Source: an uncultured bacterium (GTDB lineage: Bacteria > Desulfobacterota_D > UBA1144 > Nemesobacterales > UBA2774). From it: a stretch of 64,000 nucleotides of DNA. The translations under genes and the position numbers were made by a program. The notes beneath the pieces were generated by a model. That model worked only from the letters and a program-made list of their open reading frames with translations. It did no database searches and was not told the origin of the DNA. The stretch lies in NCBI GenBank assembly GCA_963705505.1, contig CAVPJU010000010.1, forward strand, positions 352,001-416,000, in the 5' to 3' direction. Positions within the stretch are counted from its first letter, which is position 1. Each line of letters starts with the position of its first letter. Positions 1 to 8,389 of this stretch are shown here, in pieces.

Positions 1-53
1 ATCAGTAGAGAAAAAAATCTGCCCATTTCGTGTGCTTAATTCTCCTTATTTAT

Positions 54-350
54 TTAAGCCCCGGTCTTTAAGTAATCCTTTATCACGCTCGGGTACTCCC
101 GGAAATAACGTGAAATGACGTTCAAATTGAAACTTTTGAGGATCGACTCCTTTGGCTCCCTTTCCAGCAGGAACTCGAAAGATTTTTCCACGAGCACTTG
201 GGGAGATACGAGTCCTCCCGTGAGTTTTTCGTAATCCTCTCTCCCGACGTGAACCCTGTGAGTGCTCCAGGTACCACCTTCACTGATTTCCACATCGAAT
301 TCAAGCAGGTCGTTTACGGATTTCACCTGCCTGACCGTTATCTCGGCCAT
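54..350 (-). CDS. Conserved hypothetical protein
   Basis: 98 aa ORF with a recognisable conserved C-terminal segment (SFEFLLEREPKESIL..F.L.VISRYF.EY); divergent from the GNAT gene. Confidence 0.75.
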   Translation of the reverse strand: MAEITVRQVKSVNDLLEFDVEISEGGTWSTHRVHVGREDYEKLTGGLVSPQVLVEKSFEFLLEREPKESILKSFNLNVISRYFREYPSVIKDYLKTGA

Positions 351-439
351 AACATATTCCCGCTTTGAATCTTGGCTGGAAATATTATAACCTAGACTTA
401 AACCGTCAAAAACAAATTTATTATAACCGGCTAAATTGA

Positions 440-1045
440 ATGGAGATCAATAAATTCGATTTACAAATGCACGATATAAGAAGGGTTGCCGATATAATTG
501 TGAGCGCCCAGGCCGGCAAAGGTGAGGATACCGACCCGCGTAAGTCGCACGGAATGGTCATGGACCTTATAAAAGCCGGGAACAACTTCCTCGGGCACGA
601 GAACATATACGTCTCGGCCTCGGGTGAAGATATAACCGGGCTGACAATCGGCTACCGCGGGAGGGGAAAAGACGAGCTCGGGACTTTGCTCAGGCTGCTA
701 TTATCACTCCGACTGAGCGAGTTCGTGAGTTACCTCTCATTCGCGGCGGGCCTTATTCACGGAGGCTTCACGCCCGATATCGAGGACGATGAATATTACA
801 TAAGCGTGCTCGCGGTGGACGAACGATATAGAAGAAAGGGGATAGGGTCCTTCCTATTACGTCACTCCATTCAAACCGCAAAAGACATGGACTGTAAGAG
901 CGTGGTGCTCGATGTGGACAGGAGCAACGAGCCTGCTATAAAGCTATACAGAAAATTCGGATTCATATTTTCCGGCAGGAACGCACACGGGAATGAACGC
1001 CTTCCGGTCCGCCCGATTTTGACTATGGAGCTGATACTTCCGTGA
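440..1045 (+). CDS. GNAT family N-acetyltransferase
   Basis: Acetyl-CoA binding motif LAVDERYRRKGIGS and C-terminal N.PAIKLYRKFGF. Confidence 0.9.
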   Translation: MEINKFDLQMHDIRRVADIIVSAQAGKGEDTDPRKSHGMVMDLIKAGNNFLGHENIYVSASGEDITGLTIGYRGRGKDELGTLLRLLLSLRLSEFVSYLSFAAGLIHGGFTPDIEDDEYYISVLAVDERYRRKGIGSFLLRHSIQTAKDMDCKSVVLDVDRSNEPAIKLYRKFGFIFSGRNAHGNERLPVRPILTMELILP

Positions 1046-1057
1046 GAGGCAGCGGGA

Positions 1058-1984
1058 ATGAGCGATTTCAAGAATGAATTCAGCTGGTCCGTGTCGAGAG
1101 ACGGCCTATTTAACGAGTGCAGGCGGAAATACTACTATAACTACTACGGCTCGTGGGGCGGGTGGGACAAAAAGAGTGCGGATAAGGTAACCCGCATACT
1201 ATATGTGCTGAAGAACCTCCAGAACAGGTGGCAGTGGAAAGGATCCACGGTCCATCATGAAATCGAAAGAATACTGAAGCAGCTCGTTACCACCGGCAAT
1301 CTGACCCCGGTTACAAAATCGACGGAAAGGGTGACGGAGCTTATGAGGAACGATTTCAGGTCCTCAAGAGAGGGCCAATACTGGCAGAAGGACGGCAGCC
1401 TCAGGAACGAAGCCGCGCTCTTCGAACACGAGTATAAAACCGGGACGCCGGATGAAATCTGGAAAAAGAACTATGACGAAGTGATCCTATGCTTGGAGAA
1501 CTTCTTTAACTCAAGCGTGCTCGAGGAAATAAAAAAGCTGCCGAAGGAGAAAGTATTATCCATAGAAAGCATGACGGCGGCCGCTTTTTCGTTTAACGAG
1601 GAAAAGGTCTTTGTTAAATTGGACCTGGCTTATGAGATCGAAGACAGAGTAGAGATCGTCGATTGGAAAACAGGCACAGGCGAATCGGACAAGCTCCAAT
1701 TCCTCATATACACGATCTACGCTCATGAAGAGCTCGACGCCCCGCTCGAGCAAATTTCCCTGACCGAATACAACCTGCTCGGAGATATTTCTACAACTCA
1801 TAGATTCGGCAATCAGGAATTAAATGACGCGGTAGATTACATAAACAAAAGTATTGCCGGAATGAAGAGCTATCTTGCGGAGCCTGATGAAAACATTGCC
1901 GTTATGACCGATTTCCCGCGGACCGACGACGACAGGACATGCGAGGGATGCAACTTCAAGAAAATCTGCTTTGAGCTGGATTAG
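1058..1984 (+). CDS. PD-(D/E)XK RecB/AddB/Cas4-like nuclease with probable 4Fe-4S cluster
   Basis: N-terminal Cys (ECRRKYYY), GSTVH, KLD...IVDWKTG, QxxxY (QFLIY) and C-terminal CEGCNFKKIC. Confidence 0.85.
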   Translation: MSDFKNEFSWSVSRDGLFNECRRKYYYNYYGSWGGWDKKSADKVTRILYVLKNLQNRWQWKGSTVHHEIERILKQLVTTGNLTPVTKSTERVTELMRNDFRSSREGQYWQKDGSLRNEAALFEHEYKTGTPDEIWKKNYDEVILCLENFFNSSVLEEIKKLPKEKVLSIESMTAAAFSFNEEKVFVKLDLAYEIEDRVEIVDWKTGTGESDKLQFLIYTIYAHEELDAPLEQISLTEYNLLGDISTTHRFGNQELNDAVDYINKSIAGMKSYLAEPDENIAVMTDFPRTDDDRTCEGCNFKKICFELD

Positions 1985-2014
1985 GTAATATGCCCTCACT
2001 CAAACGGAGACCAG

Positions 2015-2056
2015 CCCCTCACCACCATACCCCTCTCTTCCACCAGGGGCGAGGGA
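2015..2056. repeat. REP-like intergenic palindrome / possible terminator
   Basis: CCCCTCACC...CCCTCTCTTC-CACCA-GGGGCGAGGG imperfect hairpin downstream of the nuclease gene. Confidence 0.45.
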
Positions 2057-2241
2057 AATAATAGTAAGTAGCGGAGTAAGGAAGAAATCCGTATATAAGC
2101 ACACGTTGTCCGTCACACTATGTGTGCCGGGAATGACAAAATTGGATTATTAATGAGCCATTTATCCGCCTGAGCGTGAAAACCTTAACCAAGAATTCAA
2201 ATTTCTGGTGTAAAATGATATTATAGTAAAGGTGGAAGCTT

Positions 2242-3585
2242 ATGTCGGAACTGGTCAGAAAAATTAATTATTTCTTTTCACGGCAGCTCTGGCGCATAGA
2301 CACCGACTCGCTCAATAAAAGAAACTCAATCTTCGTAAACCTCATCAGGTTAGCATATGTAACCATAAGAGAATACAGGGAAAATGAGCTCGCATTGAGG
2401 GCCATGAGCCTCGTATATACGACGCTGCTATCGCTCGTCCCGCTCCTCGCCTTCACTATCTCGATATTAAAGGCATTCGGGGTCGTCGATAACCAGCTCG
2501 AGCCCTTCCTCCTGAATTTCTTCGAGCCGCTCGGGGATAAGGGAATCGAGGTAACGCACAGGATAATGGAGTTCATCGGCAAGATAAATTTCGGCGTCCT
2601 CGGGGTCGCGGGCCTCGTCATGCTCATCTATACAGCGATATCCGTGATCACGAAGATAGAAGACTCGATGAACCTGATATGGAAAATCCAGAAAGGAAGG
2701 AGTCTCGCCCGGAGACTGAGCGATTATATTACGACTCTCATCGTGGGGCCAGTCCTCCTCTTTGCCGCTTTCGGTATCACTGCCACCCTTTCGAGTAATA
2801 CCGTGGTCAGCAAGTTATTGGACATCGAGCCGCTGGGAGCCATCTTTTTCGCCTTCGGCAAAGCAGTACCGTTTATTTTTGTGCTGATAGTATTCACCAT
2901 TATCTACATGATAATCCCGAACACGAAGGTGCAGATCAAGTCGGCGCTGGTGGGAGGGGTATGCGCCGGGATTGCATGGCACGCGACGAGCTGGTTCTTT
3001 CACGTAGCGGTCGCGTCTTCGACCAAATACGCAGCCATATATTCCGGCCTCGCAGTGCTCATCATTTTCATGATCTGGCTCTATCTAAACTGGCTCATAG
3101 TGCTGATAGGCGCCCAGATCACGTTCTGCTATCAGAATTTAAGGTTCCTCACGCTCAAGAAAGAGGTATTTAACCTGAGCACGAAGCTCAGGGAAAAATT
3201 GTCTCTGATCATAATGTATCTCATAGGCTATAACTTCTATTACGACCTCAACCGCTGGACGACCGATTCGCTTACGGAGCGCCTGAGGCTGCCGCATGAG
3301 CCCGTCGAGGACGCGGTCAGCGACCTGACACAAAATAAACTTATCATCGAGACGGGCGACAACCCGCCGTGTTTCGTCCCATCGAGGGCGCTCGAGAAAA
3401 TAACTTTAAAAGAGATAGTCGACGCTACGAGGACAAATTACGAGACAGACCTGGTTGAAAAAAAGTATCTCTCGATGCCCGAAGTGGACGTCGTGACCGG
3501 AAGAGTGGAAAACGCAATAAACGAGGCGCTCGGTGATACTTCGCTCAAAGACATTGTTTTATCACGAGACGAGCAGAACAAATAG
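2242..3585 (+). CDS. YihY/BrkB family inner membrane protein with C-terminal Rrf2-like wHTH
   Basis: A.SLVYTTLLSLVPLL and IYSGLAVLIIFMIWLYLNWLIVLIGA motifs, multiple TM helices, C-terminal LEKITLKEIV domain. Confidence 0.9.
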   Translation: MSELVRKINYFFSRQLWRIDTDSLNKRNSIFVNLIRLAYVTIREYRENELALRAMSLVYTTLLSLVPLLAFTISILKAFGVVDNQLEPFLLNFFEPLGDKGIEVTHRIMEFIGKINFGVLGVAGLVMLIYTAISVITKIEDSMNLIWKIQKGRSLARRLSDYITTLIVGPVLLFAAFGITATLSSNTVVSKLLDIEPLGAIFFAFGKAVPFIFVLIVFTIIYMIIPNTKVQIKSALVGGVCAGIAWHATSWFFHVAVASSTKYAAIYSGLAVLIIFMIWLYLNWLIVLIGAQITFCYQNLRFLTLKKEVFNLSTKLREKLSLIIMYLIGYNFYYDLNRWTTDSLTERLRLPHEPVEDAVSDLTQNKLIIETGDNPPCFVPSRALEKITLKEIVDATRTNYETDLVEKKYLSMPEVDVVTGRVENAINEALGDTSLKDIVLSRDEQNK

Positions 3586-3719
3586 GCGCATATCAACCGC
3601 AAATGAGGGTGCGCGTCGACGTACTCGGTGCAACCGGGTTTACGCTCGCGGCGGGTGAAACACACTTACGAGTGGAATGGGAAAACGATGGATATACTGA
3701 AAGGGAAAATCCACCCCCA

Positions 3720-3740
3720 CCCTCCTTTAATAAAGGAGGG
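3720..3740. terminator. Perfect hairpin between convergent genes (terminator or REP-like element)
   Basis: CCCTCCTTT-AAT-AAAGGAGGG, a 9 bp stem. Confidence 0.6.
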
Positions 3741-3791
3741 AGTCAAAGAAAAGATTAAAAGATAAATTGCCTAGTTGCAGGTTCTCCTACA

Positions 3792-4610
3792 CTAATTACA
3801 TTCGAGCTGCCCCTTGTTATTCCAGATGCCTCTGCTGCAGTTCTTGTACTTGATGCTCGAATGCGAATATTTTCCGTTCCTGTTGAGACAATCCGCTTCC
3901 AATATGTTCCCCTCGACGTAGATGTTGTTGCAGGTTTCCTTATAACTCCCCTTCGGAAGATTCGAAGAACCGCCGCCGCAAGTGAGCACGCCGTTGTTAT
4001 TCCAGATGTCCTTATTGCAGTCACTATATTTCATCGATGAATTGTACCAGCTCCCGTTATTCTTCTGGCATTTAGCGTAGAGCCAGTTCCCCTCCACATA
4101 AGCATCCTTACAACTCTGCTTATAACTGCCTTTAGGCAGATTTGACCCTCCGCCCCCGCAAGTGAGCACGCCGTTGTTATTCCAGATGTCCTTATTACAG
4201 TCACTGTATTTGATTGACGAATTGCTCCAGTTACCACTGGTTTTCTGACATTTAGCGTACAGCCATTTCCCCTCTACGTAAGCGTTCTGACAGCTCTGTT
4301 TGTAACTCCCCTTGGGCAACGATTTCTCAGGTTTCGGCGCATGCTTGCACTTAAGCTCGCCGTTCTGGTTTGAGATATCACCCTCACAGTCCTTATAATT
4401 GAGCTGTGTAGCTTTCCAGCTCCCGTCGGTCTTCTGACACTGGGCGGAAATGATCCCGAACAGTACCTGAATGTTGCTGCAGGTATTCTTATAGCTGCCC
4501 GGCGGAACGTTCCCCTGTGCGTTTGCAATTATATTCGAAAATAAAAACAGGGCAAAAGACATCATCGTTATGAAAGAAATGCGCTTCGCAACAGATATCG
4601 ATTCCATCAT
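3792..4610 (-). CDS. Secreted tandem cyanovirin-N-homology (CVNH-like) repeat lectin
   Basis: Signal peptide followed by four ~60 aa repeats P.GSYK.(S/T)C...V.G..L.A.C....G....S...Y..C...I.N.NG.L.C. Confidence 0.8.
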   Translation of the reverse strand: MMESISVAKRISFITMMSFALFLFSNIIANAQGNVPPGSYKNTCSNIQVLFGIISAQCQKTDGSWKATQLNYKDCEGDISNQNGELKCKHAPKPEKSLPKGSYKQSCQNAYVEGKWLYAKCQKTSGNWSNSSIKYSDCNKDIWNNNGVLTCGGGGSNLPKGSYKQSCKDAYVEGNWLYAKCQKNNGSWYNSSMKYSDCNKDIWNNNGVLTCGGGSSNLPKGSYKETCNNIYVEGNILEADCLNRNGKYSHSSIKYKNCSRGIWNNKGQLECN

Positions 4611-4808
4611 TTTTCTCCTTTTGCAGCGGGTATTACCGAATTCTTTACCAATTATACACCCCCGTAACTTCTAAAAACAAGACGTCCGGAAGACGCACAT
4701 TTCTCTGATAAATATCTCGGTAAATCAATTCATCTCAACTCTCCTTTTTTAACCAAGGCAACTAATGTATAATCAGGATTCTAGCAGATACATACATCGG
4801 AGATTTGA

Positions 4809-7241
4809 ATGACCCCGCCAGGGATAAGAGCCCTATTATTAATAATTCCGTTAGCCCTGTTCGCTATAGCTATTCCTGATGCTTTCGGAACTAACATCGG
4901 AATAGTCTTCGACGGCCCATCGGATCTAAACAACAAGGTGCTTGCCGCATACGAAAAAGAGATCAACGACCTGACCGAAGGGGAATTCACCGTCCGCTTT
5001 CCCGCAGACAAGATAATCGCTGCCGACTGGACCGCCGGAGGTGTGGCGTCCGCAATCGATAGTGAGCTTGCGGACCCCGGGGTCGATATACTCATTACAC
5101 TCGGCATCATAGGCTCGTCCGAGATCGCCGGAAGGACCTCTTTTCCGAAACCCGTAATCGCTCCCTGGGTGATCGATACAACCTTGCTGGGCTTAACACC
5201 GGCAAAGGGAGGGGGAAGCGGAGTCGGAAACCTTTACTATTTATCGAGACAGCAGACTCTGGGGAGGGACATCAAAAAATTCAGGGAGATCGTGGGATTC
5301 AAAAAGATGGCTCTCCTTTATATGCCCCTCATGACAGAGCTGGTCCCGGGAATCGAAAACTCCGTGAGAAAAATATCGGCGACCAATGATATCGTTATAA
5401 CGCTCGTACCCGTCAGGGGTACTGTAGAGGAAACGCTTGCGGCTATACCCCCTGACGCAGAGGCAGTATTCGTAACACCGATACTCAATTACACGGACTC
5501 ACAGATAGCCGAGCTTTACGACGGGCTCGCCGAAAAGAAACTCCCCGCCTTCTCGATGGCGGGGAAGAGCGAGGTCGAAACGGGAGCGCTCATCGGACTT
5601 ACGCCTGATCATAATTTTACCAGAGAGGCGAGACGCGTGGCGCTCGTCGTGCAGAGCATACTCCTGGGCGATCAGGCGGGGAATTTCCCCGTTGAATTTT
5701 CCGAGGAAGAGCTTCTTTCGATCAATATGGCAACCGCGCGAGCCATTAAATTCTCTCCCTCGTGGAGCATCCTGACAGAGGCCACGCTCATAAATGAAGA
5801 ACCGGCTCAGAAAGGCAGGACCCTTACTCTGGAGCAAGCCGTAAACGAATCGGTCGACGTGAACCTGGACCTCCTCGCCGCGAACCAGTTCGTCGCCGCC
5901 GGAGCACAGGACATAAAGCTCGCAATGGCGCAGCTCCTCCCGCAGTCCGACGTTTTCCTCGACAACACATACATAGACAAGGACAGAGCTGCGGCGAGCC
6001 TAGGCACGCAGCCGCAGCGCGACCTGAGCGCGGGCGGGAACGTGAGCCAGCTCATATATTCGGAAACCGCGTGGTCGAACCTGACAGTCCAGCGCCGTCT
6101 CCAGGAATCGAGGGAATTCACGCGCGATGAAGTGAGGCTCGATATAATCGCCGCGACAGCGATAGGATATCTGAACGTACTCCGAGCCAAGACCGTAGAA
6201 AATATCCAGAAGGAGAACCTTAAGCTTTCCAAATCAAACCTGGAATTGGCAAAGGTCAGGCGGGATATAGGGGTGGCCAGCCCTGCCGAAGTCTTCAGGT
6301 GGGAAAGCCAGATATCATCAGACAGGATACAAGTCGTTAATGCGGAGGCCGATAGAAAGAACACGGAAATCCTCGTGAACCGGCTGCTGCACAGGCCCCA
6401 GGGAGAGGAATTCACCACCGTGGAAACGGGACTCGAAGACCCCTCTCTCCTCGTGAGCGACCCGAGGCTCGACAGGTTCGTAAGTAATCCGGATTTGTTT
6501 AAGATATTCATGAACTTCATGGTCGATCAGGGTCTGAAACAGTCGCCCGCTATAGCTTCTATAGATTCGCAAATCGCGGCTCAGGACAGGATACTCACCT
6601 CCACCAAGAGGGCGTTCTGGTCGCCGACCATTTTTGCATTCGGGGAGCTGAGGCAATTTCTCTACGAAGGGGGAGCAGGGAGCAGCTTTAACGTTCCGGA
6701 CAACTTTCCATTAGATATATCGGGAACGGACGATACGGAATGGACAGTACAGCTCCAGGCGTCGTTCCCGCTTTTCAGGGGGGGTGCAAAAATAGCCGAT
6801 TACAGGAAAGCCAGGAGCGAGCTATCGAGGTTAAGGTACGAGAGGGATTCAACCACTGAGAAAGTCGAGGAACAGATAAGGACGTCGCTCAACAATTCGG
6901 GGGCGTCTTATCCGAGCATAGGGTTCGCTCTCAACGCCGCGGATGCAGCGCACAAAAACCTCGAGCTCGTCACCGATTCATATTCCCGCGGAGTCGTATC
7001 CATAATCGACCTGCTCGACGCACAGAACGCCGCCCTCTCGGCCGACCTCAACGCAGCTAACGCGGTTTACAACTTCCTGATCGACCTGATGAATGTCCAG
7101 CGCGCAGCCGGCAAGTTCGATTTTTTTACCTCACCCGAAGATCGTGAGGAGTGGTTCAGAATGCTCGACGAATTCTATAAGGAAGCTCGCGGAGAAAAGA
7201 AAAATAACAGTGTTGAGGCGAACGGCCCTGTCACAAAATAG
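4809..7241 (+). CDS. ABC-type substrate-binding domain fused to a TolC-family outer membrane efflux protein
   Basis: N-terminal ~330 aa periplasmic-binding-like region (LSINMATARAI). C-terminal TolC repeats (LTLEQAVNESV, PLFRGGA, YSRGVVSIIDLLDAQ). First gene of the RND operon. Confidence 0.85.
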   Translation: MTPPGIRALLLIIPLALFAIAIPDAFGTNIGIVFDGPSDLNNKVLAAYEKEINDLTEGEFTVRFPADKIIAADWTAGGVASAIDSELADPGVDILITLGIIGSSEIAGRTSFPKPVIAPWVIDTTLLGLTPAKGGGSGVGNLYYLSRQQTLGRDIKKFREIVGFKKMALLYMPLMTELVPGIENSVRKISATNDIVITLVPVRGTVEETLAAIPPDAEAVFVTPILNYTDSQIAELYDGLAEKKLPAFSMAGKSEVETGALIGLTPDHNFTREARRVALVVQSILLGDQAGNFPVEFSEEELLSINMATARAIKFSPSWSILTEATLINEEPAQKGRTLTLEQAVNESVDVNLDLLAANQFVAAGAQDIKLAMAQLLPQSDVFLDNTYIDKDRAAASLGTQPQRDLSAGGNVSQLIYSETAWSNLTVQRRLQESREFTRDEVRLDIIAATAIGYLNVLRAKTVENIQKENLKLSKSNLELAKVRRDIGVASPAEVFRWESQISSDRIQVVNAEADRKNTEILVNRLLHRPQGEEFTTVETGLEDPSLLVSDPRLDRFVSNPDLFKIFMNFMVDQGLKQSPAIASIDSQIAAQDRILTSTKRAFWSPTIFAFGELRQFLYEGGAGSSFNVPDNFPLDISGTDDTEWTVQLQASFPLFRGGAKIADYRKARSELSRLRYERDSTTEKVEEQIRTSLNNSGASYPSIGFALNAADAAHKNLELVTDSYSRGVVSIIDLLDAQNAALSADLNAANAVYNFLIDLMNVQRAAGKFDFFTSPEDREEWFRMLDEFYKEARGEKKNNSVEANGPVTK

Positions 7242-7284
7242 ACTTAAAGCAGAATGGTACGATTTAAAGTTTGAGGGATAAAGT

Positions 7285-8361
7285 ATGAGACTATCGAAAA
7301 CCGGCTTACCTTTAAAAATTATGGCGGCTCTCGTACTGATCGCGATACTCGGTTCATGCGGGGGCGAAGATAAAGACGAATCCCAGGTCCAGGTCGTGAG
7401 ACCCGTCAAGACCATGATCCTCGGCGGCGAGCAGGGAACCGGAAGGAGCTTCCCGGGCAAGGTACAGGGGTCCCAGAGGGTGAACCTCTCGTTCAGGGTC
7501 CAGGGGCCGATAATAGAATTCCCCGTGAACGAAGGCGACGAAGTGAAGAAGGGTCAGCTCCTCGCTAGACTCGACCCGAGGGACTACCAGATCGCTTACG
7601 ACGAAGCGTACGCGCAGTTTGTAGAAGCCCAGGCTGACTATAAGAGGTATAAAGACCTCTACGAGAGGAACGCGGTGCCAGTTGCGGACCTGGACGTGAG
7701 GAGGGCAAAGCGGGATACCGCAAAGGCGAGGCTAGATTACGCCAGTGCAAACCTCGACTATACATATTTAAAAGCCCCGTTCGGCGGCTACGTCGGAGCC
7801 AAATTCGTGCAGAATTATGAGGAGATCAAACCCTTCGACAACATACTCAGCCTTCAGGACCTCACCAAAGTGGAGATCGTTATCGATCTCCCGGAAAACA
7901 TACTCGCCTTGACGAAGCAAGGGGATGTCATAAAACTGTACGCGACGTTCCAGTCGGCTCCGGGCGAGGAGTTCCCGTTAGTGATAAAAGAGGTGAGCGC
8001 CCAGGCCGACCCCAGGACGCAGACGTACCGCGCCACGCTGAGCATGGATCAGCCCGGAACGATCAGGGTGCTGCCGGGGATGACCGCGCAGGTCCACCTG
8101 GAGGGGAAAACGAACAATATCAAGAACGGAGACTATTTTATAATTCCGGCTATCGCGGTCGTGACCGGTGACGGACCAGACCAATACGTATGGGTAGTAG
8201 ATCAAAACGACCTCACGGTTCATAAAAGGGTAGTCAAGGTGGGGTCAGTAACCGGCCAAAAGGACATCGAGATACTGAGCGGGCTCAAAGCGGGCGAGAT
8301 GATCGCTGTGAGCGGCACGACACAGCTCCGCGAAGGAATGCAGGTGACGCTCCTAAATTAG
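7285..8361 (+). CDS. RND efflux periplasmic adaptor (MFP) lipoprotein
   Basis: Lipobox (LGSC), lipoyl-like V.EGDEVKKGQLLARLD, LKAPFGG and LPGMTA motifs. Confidence 0.95.
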   Translation: MRLSKTGLPLKIMAALVLIAILGSCGGEDKDESQVQVVRPVKTMILGGEQGTGRSFPGKVQGSQRVNLSFRVQGPIIEFPVNEGDEVKKGQLLARLDPRDYQIAYDEAYAQFVEAQADYKRYKDLYERNAVPVADLDVRRAKRDTAKARLDYASANLDYTYLKAPFGGYVGAKFVQNYEEIKPFDNILSLQDLTKVEIVIDLPENILALTKQGDVIKLYATFQSAPGEEFPLVIKEVSAQADPRTQTYRATLSMDQPGTIRVLPGMTAQVHLEGKTNNIKNGDYFIIPAIAVVTGDGPDQYVWVVDQNDLTVHKRVVKVGSVTGQKDIEILSGLKAGEMIAVSGTTQLREGMQVTLLN

Positions 8362-8389
8362 CAGGAACAATACGAAAGGTTTCTCCCGA

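Noticed and set aside
1058..2240. CRISPR-Cas locus suggested by the Cas4-like nuclease
   Set aside because: No repeat-spacer array or other cas genes were seen in the window.
3603..3758. Short ORF beginning MRVRVDVLGATGF (Rossmann-like start)
   Set aside because: About 51 codons, runs into the hairpin and has no further domain; at best a remnant.
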